Below, one piece after another: positions 28,488 through 39,326 of a DNA stretch of 40,043 bases. Numbering within the stretch: the first letter of the stretch is position 1; each line of letters opens with the position of its first letter. The position numbers were made by a program, and so were the translations under genes. The DNA is from an uncultured Deinococcales bacterium. Its GTDB lineage: Bacteria; Deinococcota; Deinococci; Deinococcales; JAAFIG01. Under the pieces are notes generated by a model that saw only the letters and a program-made list of their open reading frames with translations, was not told where the DNA came from and did no database searches. The stretch covers positions 1-40,043 of the forward strand of contig CAXTKV010000016.1 in the NCBI GenBank assembly GCA_964244895.1. Reading direction: 5' to 3'.

Positions 28488-28540
28488 TGATCAAACACCG
28501 ATCAAATCAAAACGGATTTGGTCTAAAGGAGGTGGACTGA

Positions 28541-29942
<1,402 letters not shown>

Positions 29943-29944
<2 letters not shown>

Positions 29945-30008
29945 AGGCAGGGGAAAGGGAAAAGCGAAAAGTAAAAGGCAACAACTTTAACCTTTCCCCT
30001 TTTACCTG
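29943..30008. repeat. Heptamer tandem repeats forming an imperfect hairpin (STRR-like)
   Basis: AAAGGCA GGGG AAAGGGA AAAGCGA AAAGTA AAAGGCA ... CTTTAAC CTTTCCC CTTTTAC; shares AAAGCGAAAAGT with 11066-11165. Confidence 0.7.
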
Positions 30009-30033
30009 TTCCACCCTCCAGAGGAGGTGACAC

Positions 30034-30708
30034 ATGGCCGAACAAATCAGTCCAACCCGCTCCAACCTGCTCGCCCGGCGCGGCTCGAGAAGGCTCGCGG
30101 TGCAGGGCGCTGACCTTTTGAAACGCAAACGAGACGCGCTGATCGGCGAGTTCTTCGCGCTGGTCAAGGAATCCCTGGCAGCCCGCGAGATGCTCCAGCA
30201 GTCCAGCAAGGACGCGTACTTCGCGCTCTTTCTGGCCAAAGCCTGGGACGGGCCGGAAGCGGTCGAATCGCTGGCACTGGCGCGTCAGGCGGGGCTGGAC
30301 GTGGAACTTCAGGTCGAGAGCATTTACGGTGTGAAGATCCCGAAGATCACGCTGCCGGAATTCAGCAAGGAACTGCCGTTCTCGCCGATTGGGGCTGGGG
30401 CGCGCACCCTAGAGGCCGCCGGACAATTTCAGAACCTGGTCGAAGCGATCATCAAGGTCGCCGCGACCGAGAACAAACTGCGTCGCATCGGCGAGGAAAT
30501 CAAGAAGACCAGCCGCCGCGTCAACGCCCTGGAACAGATTGTGATTCCCGGCATTCAGGGACAGATCAAGTTCATCACGGACACGTTGGATCAGCGCGCT
30601 CTGGAAGAAGTCACGACCCTCAAACGCATCAAGGCCAAGATCGATCTGGACAAGGCCACCGCCAAGGGAACCGTCTCTGCGGTCAACGAGATCGGCGCGG
30701 GTCTGTAA
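30034..30708 (+). CDS. atpD: V/A-type ATP synthase subunit D
   Basis: SPTRSNLL, G.DLLKRKRDAL, EIKKTSRRVNALEQIVIP motifs. Confidence 0.96.
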   Translation: MAEQISPTRSNLLARRGSRRLAVQGADLLKRKRDALIGEFFALVKESLAAREMLQQSSKDAYFALFLAKAWDGPEAVESLALARQAGLDVELQVESIYGVKIPKITLPEFSKELPFSPIGAGARTLEAAGQFQNLVEAIIKVAATENKLRRIGEEIKKTSRRVNALEQIVIPGIQGQIKFITDTLDQRALEEVTTLKRIKAKIDLDKATAKGTVSAVNEIGAGL

Positions 30709-30724
30709 ACATTTCACCAACTCG

Positions 30725-30750
30725 AGACCCCGGCTTCGGTCGGGGTTTTT
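30725..30750 (+). terminator. Intrinsic terminator of the ATPase operon
   Basis: ACCCCGGC-TTCG-GTCGGGGT followed by a T run. Confidence 0.85.
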
Positions 30751-30920
30751 CGTTGCAAAGAAGTGGCACCCTGGAGAAGCATTTTTGATCTTGGGCATCG
30801 AAGAACGCCGTCCTACGCGTGATCTCTAGGACACCGTGCTGGACGGTGTTCTGGAGCCTCGAGCCGTTTTTGCTACACGTGCAGACACACCCATTCGCCC
30901 CTTCGTGTTGAAATCAATTC

Positions 30921-31565
30921 ATGACCTCGCACGATGCCCTCGAGTCGGAACAGACGGCCCAACATGCCAACCTCGAGCCGAGCCTCGGCCAATTGTTCCT
31001 GGAATGGTTCCGCATCGGCGCGACTTCGTTTGGTGGCGGCGTCAGCGTGCTGCACATGATCGACGCGAACTTCGTGCAAAAAAACGCCTGGATCACGGCG
31101 AGCGAAAACACCCGGTTGTTCGCCATGTGCCAGCTCGCGCCGGGCGTGAACTTGTTAGCGATGTGCTTGCTGATCGGCTGGCACGTGCGGGGCGCTCGAG
31201 GCGCGTTCGTCTCGATTCTGGGCTTCATCCTGCCGAGCGCCGCCATCACCGTGCTGGTGACGCTCCTGTACGCCAGAATCCGCGATCTGCAAGCCGCCAG
31301 GCTCGCGCTGCGCGGCATCTTCGCCGCGATCTTCGGCATGGGCCTGGTGGCGGACTGGCGCTTCACGCAACCGCTGGTGCATCAGGCGCGCCACGATCCG
31401 CGCCGGGTGGCGTTGGTGATCGTGATTCTGGTCGGTAGCGCCGTGCTGTACGCGCTCTTTCACCCGCCCGTGCTGGTGCTGTACGCGCTCGGAGCGGGCA
31501 TCGGCGCGTTGGGGGCGTGGTACTTCGCCCGCGCGCCTTTCAAAGCTTCGGACTCGAGGGCCTGA
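30921..31565 (+). CDS. Chromate transporter (short-chain CHR), first subunit
   Basis: FRIGATSFGGG, V....WI, CQLAPG.N, GFILPS motifs. Confidence 0.85.
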   Translation: MTSHDALESEQTAQHANLEPSLGQLFLEWFRIGATSFGGGVSVLHMIDANFVQKNAWITASENTRLFAMCQLAPGVNLLAMCLLIGWHVRGARGAFVSILGFILPSAAITVLVTLLYARIRDLQAARLALRGIFAAIFGMGLVADWRFTQPLVHQARHDPRRVALVIVILVGSAVLYALFHPPVLVLYALGAGIGALGAWYFARAPFKASDSRA

Positions 31566-32072
31566 ATGGATGCGCTCGGGTTCTTCTGGGTGTTCCTGAA
31601 AGCCTGCCTGTTCTCGACGGGCGGCATGGGGCCGCTACCGGGATTGCACCACGATCTGATCCTGAGCGGCGCGGCCACCGAACGCCAGTTCACGGAAGCC
31701 CTAGCGGTTGGGCAGTTCACGCCCGGCCCGAGCGGGTTGTGGGTCATCAGCCTGGCGACGCTGATGGCTGGCGTTCCGGGTGCGCTGCTGGCGACGCTGG
31801 CGGTGGTGCTGCCGCCCGTGCTGGTGCTGGTGGTGCAGCGCGTGTACAGGCGCGTCGCGGACTGGCCCGCCGCGCAGGGCGTGCTGGACGGTCTGATGCT
31901 CTCGATTGTCGGCGTGGGATTGGTCGTGCTGACCGAGTTGTTCGTGGGTGCGGGCTTGAACGTTGGCGTGATCGGGATCGCCGCGCTCAGCCTGGCGCTG
32001 GCCTTGACGCGCCGCGTTCCGGCGTTCGTGATTATCGGTCTGGCGGCGCTGGCGGGCGTGGTCATCGGTTGA
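31566..32072 (+). CDS. Chromate transporter (short-chain CHR), second subunit
   Basis: FLKA.LFSTGG, F.EALAVGQFTPGP, GALLATLA..LPP motifs; abuts the previous gene. Confidence 0.85.
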   Translation: MDALGFFWVFLKACLFSTGGMGPLPGLHHDLILSGAATERQFTEALAVGQFTPGPSGLWVISLATLMAGVPGALLATLAVVLPPVLVLVVQRVYRRVADWPAAQGVLDGLMLSIVGVGLVVLTELFVGAGLNVGVIGIAALSLALALTRRVPAFVIIGLAALAGVVIG

Positions 32073-32083
32073 TGCTCGAGATC

Positions 32084-32145
32084 AGAACACCGTACAGGAC
32101 GGTGTTTCTTAGAGATGAAAGAACATCGTGTGGGACGGTGTTCTC
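32084..32145. repeat. REP doublet
   Basis: AGAACACCGTACAGGACGGTGTT...AGAACATCGTGTGGGACGGTGTTCTCG. Confidence 0.8.
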
Positions 32146-32201
32146 GTCGGTATCCCCAAAGTACCTCGTCTCGAGGAGGTACACACGCTAAACTGCGAAC
32201 C

Positions 32202-33278
32202 ATGTTGCTCGAGAAACCCATCCCATTGCACGCGCGCGGCCTGATCGAACGCTGGCGCGACAGGTTGCCCGTCAGCGACGCCACACCCGTGGTTTCACTG
32301 GGGGAGGGCGACACGCCGCTGGTCGAGTTGCGCGGCCCCAAAGAAGCCCGAGAATTGGGCATTCGCGTTTACGCCAAGTACGACGGCACGAACCCGACGG
32401 GTTCCTTCAAGGATCGCGGCATGACGATGGCGGTCAGCAAGGCGCTCGAGGCTGGCGCGAAAGCCATCGCCTGCGCCAGCACGGGCAACACCAGCGCGGC
32501 GGCGGCAGCCTACGCGTCTCGGGCGGGCGTGGAATGCATCATCGTTCTGCCCGCCGGGTACGTGGCGGCGGGCAAGATCGCGCAGACCATTTTGATGGGC
32601 GCGAAGATCGTGCAGATCGACGGGAATTTCGACGATGCGCTGCGGCTGGTGCGTCTGCTGTGCGACGAATCGCCGGTGGCGCTGGTGAACAGCGTCAACC
32701 CATTCCGGATCGAGGGTCAAAAGACGATTGCCTTCGAGGTCTGCGACGAGCTGGGCGAAGCGCCCGAATATCACGCCATGCCCGTCGGCAACGCGGGCAA
32801 CATCACGGCGCACTGGAAGGGCTACTCGGAATTGTTCGCGGATGGCACGATCAAATCTCGACCGAAGATGATCGGCTTTCAGGCGGCGGGTTCCGCACCC
32901 ATCGTGCTGGGGCATCCCGTCGAGAAGCCCGAGACGATTGCGACCGCGATCCGCATCGGCAACCCGGCCTCGTGGCAGCAGGCTCTGAATGCTCGAGACG
33001 AATCCCTGGGCGCGATCGAAGCCGTGACCGACGATGAAATCCTGGAAGCGTATCAGGTTCTGGCGCGCGAGGGCTTGTTCTGCGAGCCCGCCAGCGCCGC
33101 CTCTTTCGCGGGCGCGTGGCGCATGATCCGTCAGGGTCGGATTGAACCCGGATCGCGGGTCGTGTGCACGCTGACCGGGCACGGTCTGAAAGACCCGACC
33201 ACGGCGGGCAAGCTCGCCAACCTGCCGGACGCCGTGCCAGCCACGCTCGAGGCGGTTTCAAAAGCGGCGGGCGTGTAG
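32202..33278 (+). CDS. thrC: Threonine synthase (PLP)
   Basis: [75 protein letters not shown] motifs; ATG 32202. Confidence 0.95.
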   Translation: MLLEKPIPLHARGLIERWRDRLPVSDATPVVSLGEGDTPLVELRGPKEARELGIRVYAKYDGTNPTGSFKDRGMTMAVSKALEAGAKAIACASTGNTSAAAAAYASRAGVECIIVLPAGYVAAGKIAQTILMGAKIVQIDGNFDDALRLVRLLCDESPVALVNSVNPFRIEGQKTIAFEVCDELGEAPEYHAMPVGNAGNITAHWKGYSELFADGTIKSRPKMIGFQAAGSAPIVLGHPVEKPETIATAIRIGNPASWQQALNARDESLGAIEAVTDDEILEAYQVLAREGLFCEPASAASFAGAWRMIRQGRIEPGSRVVCTLTGHGLKDPTTAGKLANLPDAVPATLEAVSKAAGV

Positions 33279-33457
33279 ACAGTCATACGAGAACACCGTC
33301 CAGCGCGACCATCCTCAAAATTGTGGGGGCGCTGCTTACGGCACCTTCGTGACGCGCAAAGGGCGCAGCAAGCAGCGCCCCCACGAAAAGACCGTCCAGG
33401 ACGCAAATCTTATCCTCGAAAATATCGCTTGTTGGACGGTCTTTTCCCCGGACGAAC

Positions 33458-34288
33458 CTATTTCGAGGCGTGTGGCACGACCTGACGTTTCTCGAGCCTG
33501 AGGGCGGATTCCGGGTCGTGCGCGGGCAAGTAGACCGTGGGTTGCAGATGCGCGAAGCGCCTGATGCGCCCCAGCGTGTCCTGTTCCACGCGTGTGTCCG
33601 GGCCGACGCCGTCCACCCAACCCTCGAGCATGGCCTGTTGCGTGTAGGACGTGTCGCCCGCCAGAAAAAACGATGTTTCGCCGTCCTGCGCGATCACGCT
33701 CCGGTGGTGCGCGGTGTGTCCGGGCGTGGACACGATCACCACGTCGCCCGCGCGGGTCAGGCGCTGGCTGTGCGAGAACGTCCCGAACGGTTCGGGCTCG
33801 AGATGCATCAATCTGGGTTTCCAATCTGTGGGCCAGCGCTGCGGGACGTACCCGCGCAAACGACCCATCAGGCCGCTGGCTTCGGCGTATTCACCGGGTG
33901 CAACCAGAAATTCAGCGTCGGCGAAATGCCTGATGCCGCCGTCGTGGTCGGTGTGCAGGTGCGTCATCACAACGCGGCGCACGTCGGCAGGTTTGATGCC
34001 CAGTCGCTCGAGCTGCGGCCCGATCTCGTCCTGCGGTTGAACGCGAAAACGAACGTTCAGCGCAGCGTAAGGGTGCGGCAAACCGGGTGTCGGAGAGCCC
34101 GATTCGCCCGTGTCCACCACGATCACGCCCTCTTCGTGCTCGATCGCCCAGGCGTGAATCGGTAGCCAGTCGCTCCAGTCGCGGTCGGCGAACAATCCGA
34201 TCAGCCGAGAAGCGCGGCTGGAGACCGGCGAGTGGAGTTGCCTGGTTTTGATCTGAACGAAACCCGTGGTGATGGCGTGAATCTTCAT
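33458..34288 (-). CDS. Metallo-beta-lactamase fold hydrolase (N-acyl-homoserine lactonase-like family)
   Basis: VDTG, THLHTDHDGG, TPGHT..H.SV, LAGD, PAHD motifs. Confidence 0.88.
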   Translation of the reverse strand: MKIHAITTGFVQIKTRQLHSPVSSRASRLIGLFADRDWSDWLPIHAWAIEHEEGVIVVDTGESGSPTPGLPHPYAALNVRFRVQPQDEIGPQLERLGIKPADVRRVVMTHLHTDHDGGIRHFADAEFLVAPGEYAEASGLMGRLRGYVPQRWPTDWKPRLMHLEPEPFGTFSHSQRLTRAGDVVIVSTPGHTAHHRSVIAQDGETSFFLAGDTSYTQQAMLEGWVDGVGPDTRVEQDTLGRIRRFAHLQPTVYLPAHDPESALRLEKRQVVPHASK

Positions 34289-34317
34289 GGGTTCAGTTTG
34301 CGGTTAGGCTACTGCAA

Positions 34318-34977
34318 ATGCCTTCCTCGATTGGCAGTAGCCCCGTGTTGCGCGTCGAACGCCCCGAGATGGCCCGCTTGCTGCTCGAGCAGAGCACCCT
34401 GAAACTGCTCTCGCCGTTCGTCGGTCGTCAGCGCAGCGCCAGCGGCGCCGCACAAGAACTGGGAATGCCCGTCAACACGCTGCTGTATCAGATCAAACGC
34501 CTGCTGGACGCTGGTTTGCTTGAAGTGGCAGAGGAACGCAAACGCGCCGGACGCGCCGTGAAGCACTACCGCGCGGTCGCGGAAGCGTTCTTCGTGCCCT
34601 ACGAACTGACGCCGCTCGAGACGCCCCAGGCGCTCCTGGAGGCCGAACACGCGCCGCGCGAACGCCGACTGGTCGAGGGACTGGTGCGCGCTGGACTCGA
34701 GGTATTAGAGCAGGGCGAACCCGTCTGGGGCGCACGGATCGCGCTCGAACACGGGCGATTGACCGCGAGCAACAGCATCGGGCCGAACTCGTCGTGGAAT
34801 TTCCTCGATCCGACCGCACCCGCCATCGCGGACTGGTGGGCGGAAGGCGTGCAACTCGAGTTCGAGGACGCCAAAGCGCTCCAGGCCGAGATGTGCGATC
34901 TGATCGAACGGTACCGCTCGCGCAGCGGCCCTCAGTCGTACATCGTGCGGTTGGGCATGGCTCCGGTCAGCGAATAG
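34318..34977 (+). CDS. Winged helix-turn-helix (ArsR-like) transcriptional regulator
   Basis: LL.PF.....S...AA.ELG...NTLLYQIKRLL.AGLLEV...R.RAGR.VK.YRA motif; divergent from the MBL hydrolase. Confidence 0.8.
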   Translation: MPSSIGSSPVLRVERPEMARLLLEQSTLKLLSPFVGRQRSASGAAQELGMPVNTLLYQIKRLLDAGLLEVAEERKRAGRAVKHYRAVAEAFFVPYELTPLETPQALLEAEHAPRERRLVEGLVRAGLEVLEQGEPVWGARIALEHGRLTASNSIGPNSSWNFLDPTAPAIADWWAEGVQLEFEDAKALQAEMCDLIERYRSRSGPQSYIVRLGMAPVSE

Positions 34978-35042
34978 ATTGAGAAAGACCGTCTGGCAAA
35001 CTGGATTTGCGGTCTCGAGAATACTGTCCAGGACGGTGTTCT

Positions 35043-35729
35043 TCAGAACCGCATCTCAAACATTCGCTCGAGTTCGACGCGACCGGTTTCGGTCAATCGC
35101 AAGGCGCGGCTCGAGGCGTGGCGCGCGACCCAACCCAACTCCAGCGTTCTGGCCGTGAGCGCGCGCCCGAGCGCACCGCCGACGTGGTGGCGGCGTTCCG
35201 TCCAGTCCAGGCAGGCGCGTCCTGTCAGGTGACGGGTGTCCAGCCCGAAGGTCGCAAATTTCAGGCACCCGGCGTCCGTCGCGCGGTACTCGAGCCCGGT
35301 TTTCAAGACCCAACCGTTCAGCTCGAGCGCGCGGGCGAATTCGACGCCCAACCAGCCCGCCAGGTGGTCGTAGCAGGTGCGCGCGAAGCCCAGCGCCTCG
35401 TCCTTGTGGGCTCGAGAACGCGGTCGGGGCGCGGGAGAAATCACCATCAGCGCCTCGAGCGCCACCGCCACCTGCGGGCTGGAAAGGCGGTGATACCGAT
35501 GCCGACCGTGCGTCTCGACCATCAACAACCCACCCTCGAGCAAGCGGCTCAGGTGGGCGCTGGCCGTCTGCGGGCTGACCCCGGCCAGTTCTGCCAGTTC
35601 GCCCGCCGGGAGCGCCCTACCGTCCATCAGCGCCGTCAGCATGGCCGCCCGCGCGGGTTCCCCGATCAGCGCCGCGATGCTGGCCAGATCGGCTTCGGCG
35701 TGCAACTCGAGTTGGCGATCCAGAATCAT
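35043..35729 (-). CDS. ArsR/SmtB family transcriptional regulator
   Basis: IGEPARAAML.ALMDGRALPAGELA..AGVSPQTASAHL..L..GGLL.....GRHRY, ARTCYDHLAG, CLDWTERRHH.GGALG; ATG 35729. Confidence 0.9.
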   Translation of the reverse strand: MILDRQLELHAEADLASIAALIGEPARAAMLTALMDGRALPAGELAELAGVSPQTASAHLSRLLEGGLLMVETHGRHRYHRLSSPQVAVALEALMVISPAPRPRSRAHKDEALGFARTCYDHLAGWLGVEFARALELNGWVLKTGLEYRATDAGCLKFATFGLDTRHLTGRACLDWTERRHHVGGALGRALTARTLELGWVARHASSRALRLTETGRVELERMFEMRF

Positions 35730-35761
35730 GGGTTCATCGTAGGCCGCAACCTGAACGGGAT

Positions 35762-35781
35762 GTTTCGACGGGCGCTGAAAC
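35762..35781. promoter_or_regulatory. Putative ArsR-family operator between divergent genes
   Basis: Imperfect palindrome GTTTCG-ACGGGCGC-TGAAAC between the regulator and the flavin reductase. Confidence 0.45.
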
Positions 35782-35795
35782 GATCTCGGGCGGGC

Positions 35796-35834
35796 TGTGG
35801 ATAAGCTCGAAGTTGTGGACAAACCTGTGGATAA
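35796..35834 (-). promoter_or_regulatory. Cluster of three co-oriented DnaA boxes
   Basis: TGTGGATAA (35796-35804), TGTGGACAA (35814-35822) and TGTGGATAA (35826-35834), i.e. the TTATCCACA consensus on the minus strand. Confidence 0.6.
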
Positions 35835-36444
35835 AACGATCACGATTCAGCCCAACGTCCTGTATTTCGGCACGCCCGTCGCGCTCGTCACGACGATGAA
35901 CGCAAATGGCGCGCCGAACATTTCCGCGATGTCATCGATATGGGCGCTCGGGGATCGGGTGATTCTGGGATTGGGCGCGGACGGTCAGGGCGCACGAAAC
36001 CTGACGCGCGAACGCGATTGCGTCATCAACTTGCCGGATGGCTCCTTGTGGCGGCGCGTCGAACGCATCGCACCGACCACCGGGCGCGAGGACGTGCCCG
36101 AGTACAAACGCGCCATGGGCTACCGCCATGAACCCGACAAGTTCGCGCTCGGCGGATTCTCGAGCCTCACCTCCGAGGTCGTCAGGCCACCGCGCATCGC
36201 GGAGTGTCCGTTGCAACTCGAGGCGAGCTTGCTCGAGATTCACGAACCCGCCACGCTGGGCGATCTGGACCCCGGTTTCGTGATCCTCGAGACGCGCGTG
36301 CTGCGCGTTCACGCGCACGCCAGCATCGTGATTCCCGAGACGAATCACGTGGACACCTCGCGCTGGAATCCCTTGCTGTACGTCTTCCGGCATTACTTCA
36401 GCCACGCCACAGATCTGGGACGGAACTTCCGCAGCCAGGTGTAA
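35797..36444 (+). CDS. Flavin reductase family protein (DIM6/NTAB-like)
   Basis: LYFGTPV.LVTT.N..G.PNIS.MSS.W, NL.R...CVINLP, PPRIAECPLQLEA, W.PL.Y.FR.Y motifs; which GTG is the start is uncertain. Confidence 0.88.
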   Translation: MDKLEVVDKPVDKTITIQPNVLYFGTPVALVTTMNANGAPNISAMSSIWALGDRVILGLGADGQGARNLTRERDCVINLPDGSLWRRVERIAPTTGREDVPEYKRAMGYRHEPDKFALGGFSSLTSEVVRPPRIAECPLQLEASLLEIHEPATLGDLDPGFVILETRVLRVHAHASIVIPETNHVDTSRWNPLLYVFRHYFSHATDLGRNFRSQV

Positions 36445-36510
36445 AAAGAACACCGTTCTACACGCGAATTTCAGGATGCGCACTGGACGGTGTCCTCGGG
36501 GACGCGGCTT

Positions 36511-37236
36511 TCAGGGCTCGAGCAAGTACCGCAAGAACGCGTCCGGGTCGGCCAGGAAACTGCGCCAGTCGCGGATCAACTCCAGGTCATCCAGAGCCAC
36601 CTCTCGGAGGCCGTGATCGCCGAATTCCAGAATCTGCGCGCCCGGCAAGGCCAGCAGCACCGGCGAGTGCGTGGCGCAGATCACCTGCGAGCCGTTCTGC
36701 GCCAGGCTGTGCAACAGCGACAGCACGCCCAAGGTCGCGCGGAACGACAGCGCGGTCTCGGGCTCGTCCAGGAAGTACATTCCCCTGGATTCAAAATGCG
36801 CGTTCAGCACGCCCAGCAGCCCCTCGCCGTGCGAACGCCGCGCGAGTTTCGTGGCTCGGGCTTCCGGCACGGCCTCGCGCTCCAGATCGCCGATCAACCC
36901 GCCCAGCGTGGACGCGCGCAAGAAAAACCCTTCCGCCACCGCGTCCCCGGTTCGATCCAGTTCGACGTTCCAACCCAAAGGCGCGTCCTCGAGCGCGATC
37001 TCCACACCCACGCGCCTGGAATACGGCGTCCACGCGCCCGTGCGCGGGTAACGCGCCACGATGGCCTCCAGCAAGGTCGTCTTGCCGCTGCCGTTCTCAC
37101 CGACGAAAAACGTCACGGGCGAGGTGAAGCGCAACCCGTGTTTCTTGACGTGCTGCACGGCGGGCACGCGAAACGGATGCGCGCCGCCATTCCAGCGCGA
37201 ATCGTTGAAGGTCAATCCGTGAAGGTGAAGTTTCAT
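36511..37236 (-). CDS. AAA/ABC-type ATPase (predicted ATPase, COG3910-like)
   Basis: VTFFVGENGSGKTTLLEA, GFFLRA, SHGE, LDEPETALS, ATHSPVLLA.PGA motifs. Confidence 0.88.
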   Translation of the reverse strand: MKLHLHGLTFNDSRWNGGAHPFRVPAVQHVKKHGLRFTSPVTFFVGENGSGKTTLLEAIVARYPRTGAWTPYSRRVGVEIALEDAPLGWNVELDRTGDAVAEGFFLRASTLGGLIGDLEREAVPEARATKLARRSHGEGLLGVLNAHFESRGMYFLDEPETALSFRATLGVLSLLHSLAQNGSQVICATHSPVLLALPGAQILEFGDHGLREVALDDLELIRDWRSFLADPDAFLRYLLEP

Positions 37237-37264
37237 CAGCCCTCGTCCCACCCGAGTCTAGCCC

Positions 37265-37320
37265 GAGAACACCGTCCAGCACGTGATTTTAGGAACGCGT
37301 GCTGGACGGTATTCTTGAGT
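37265..37320. repeat. REP doublet
   Basis: GAGAACACCGTCCAGCACGTGATTTTAGGAACGCGTGCTGGACGGTATTC; nearly identical to 39051-39097. Confidence 0.88.
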
Positions 37321-37420
37321 GACCGACATTCAGCGCTCCATTGTCAGGGCAACACAACTGTGAGGGTGATCTCATGCATGCATCTCTAACCTTGACCAGA
37401 ACGCGACCAACGAGGTGAAC

Positions 37421-39028
37421 ATGAGCGAAGAACCCGAACAGCACATACCCGAAGCTGAATCGTCAGGCTCGAGCACGTCCATTTTGGAAAGATCCGAATC
37501 GAAATACTCACCAATGCCTGAAGACCTGGCGCAAATCAAGACGAAAACCCAGCAAGCCTTACGTGTTCTGATCGTGGCCCTCGGGCTGGGCGCGATCGGG
37601 CAAGCTTTGTTCGACCGGAGCGCGATCGGCCTCAACTGGGGCATCTGGATCGGCAGCATTTGCTTGGCTTTAATCGGTATCGCCCGTTGGAACCGTTTTG
37701 CGCCACGAGGTGAAGGACGCTGGTTTTTGATCGTTGCTTTTGCGTTGGCTCTATGCACCGCTTGGCGCGACTCCCAGACGCTCGGCGCGATCAACACCCT
37801 GCTCGGCCTGGTCACGCTCGCGCTGGCCGCCTCCAGCACCCGAGAAGGGTCGTTGCGCGTAGCCAGCCTCACATCTTATTTTGCGACCGTGATCGCGGGT
37901 GGTGTGGGCACGTTGTTCGGTGGTTTCGTGTTGCTGTTCTCAGACATCGCCTGGAAGCACTTGCCGCGCCGAAATTTGCCGCCCGAAACCTTCGCTGTTG
38001 TGCGCGGTGCGTTGATCGCCGCACCCATTCTGATCGTTTTTGGTGCGTTGTTCAGCTCGGCTGATGCAGTCTTCGGTCGGTTCGTGAACAACCTGTTTCA
38101 CTTCAACTGGAACCTCGATGCGTTAATGGAGCGCTTCATCGGGACGCTGGCGTTGGCGTGGGTCGCGGCAGGATTCTTGCATCTCTCGCTGCGATCTCGA
38201 GGCTTGACCGAGACCGTGTTGAAGCCTGGCGGAACGCTCGGTGCAACGGAGATGGTGATCGTAATGGGTGCGCTAAACGCGCTGTTCGCCGCATTCGTGA
38301 TTGTGCAATTCGGGTATCTGTTCGGCGGGTCGAACAACGTCACGATCGCTGGACTGACCTATGCGGATTACGCACGGCGCGGCTTTTTTGAACTCGTCTG
38401 GGTGGCGGCGCTCGTGTTGCCGCTGCTGCTGGTACTGCACGCGTTCATCCCGAAGACCCAAACGGCGATCCGGCAGCGCCAACTGTATCGCGTGCTGGCG
38501 CTCGCGCTGCTGGGCTTACTGGCGATCATCATGATCTCCGCAGTGCAACGCATGAGGTTGTACCAACAAGAGTACGGTCTGACCGAGTTGCGCTTGTATC
38601 CGACCGCCTTTATGGCTTGGCTGGCGCTCGTGTTCGCGTGGTTCTCCGCGACAGTGCTACGCGATCAACGTGAACGGTTCGCTTTCGGTGCTCTGGTCGC
38701 CGGGGTCGGGGTCGCGTTCGCACTAAACGCGATCAATCCAGACGCATTGATCGTGCGCGTCAACGCTGAACGTGTGGCACAGGGCAAAACCTTCGACGTG
38801 GAATACGCGCAAACCCTGAGCGCCGATGCAGTCCCTGTTTTGCTTGAGGCGATTCAAACGCTGCCAGAGAGCGCTATTGGTGGCGAGCGTGCGAAACAAA
38901 TGGAACGGATGATTGCTGTTTTTGGAACTCAGGCCAATGGGATGCGTCAGTATTCAATCGGTAATTGGCGTTCCTGGAATTGGAGCCGTTGGCGAGCGGA
39001 TCAAATGATCTGGGCGAAGCAAAACTGA
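37421..39028 (+). CDS. DUF4153/DUF4173 integral membrane protein
   Basis: F..LF.SADAVF, FVIVQF.YLFGG, TYA.YARRGFFEL, SA..RM.LY...YGLT.LR, N..NPD..I...N, LS.DAVP.L, WRSWN motifs. Confidence 0.85.
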   Translation: MSEEPEQHIPEAESSGSSTSILERSESKYSPMPEDLAQIKTKTQQALRVLIVALGLGAIGQALFDRSAIGLNWGIWIGSICLALIGIARWNRFAPRGEGRWFLIVAFALALCTAWRDSQTLGAINTLLGLVTLALAASSTREGSLRVASLTSYFATVIAGGVGTLFGGFVLLFSDIAWKHLPRRNLPPETFAVVRGALIAAPILIVFGALFSSADAVFGRFVNNLFHFNWNLDALMERFIGTLALAWVAAGFLHLSLRSRGLTETVLKPGGTLGATEMVIVMGALNALFAAFVIVQFGYLFGGSNNVTIAGLTYADYARRGFFELVWVAALVLPLLLVLHAFIPKTQTAIRQRQLYRVLALALLGLLAIIMISAVQRMRLYQQEYGLTELRLYPTAFMAWLALVFAWFSATVLRDQRERFAFGALVAGVGVAFALNAINPDALIVRVNAERVAQGKTFDVEYAQTLSADAVPVLLEAIQTLPESAIGGERAKQMERMIAVFGTQANGMRQYSIGNWRSWNWSRWRADQMIWAKQN

Positions 39029-39050
39029 TGCCCTAACAACGATTCTTCGG

Positions 39051-39097
39051 GAATACCGTCCAGCACGTGATTTTAGAAACGCGCGCAGGACGGTGTT
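39051..39097. repeat. REP doublet
   Basis: GAATACCGTCCAGCACGTGATTTTAGAAACGCGCGCAGGACGGTGTT. Confidence 0.85.
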
Positions 39098-39326
39098 GGT
39101 GCCCCGGCTGGCTCGAGCATCTCACTCGAGCCAGCAGCCCTGAACGGCACGCGCAGCCGACGCGGGCTCGAGAAAGCGGGTCAGCTCGAGCGCGCACAGC
39201 AATCATTCATCGTCCCTCACGCTTTGGATGATCCTCGCTTCACGTTTCCCTGACCGTCACAACCTATGCTTCGTCGCGAACCGAGCAGTCCGCACGAGCC
39301 ATCACGAAAGCTCAAAAGGAGCCACC

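Noticed and set aside
35796..35834. DnaA boxes read as oriC
   Set aside because: Only three boxes, overlapping a CDS start, with no AT-rich unwinding region and no dnaA/dnaN neighbours.
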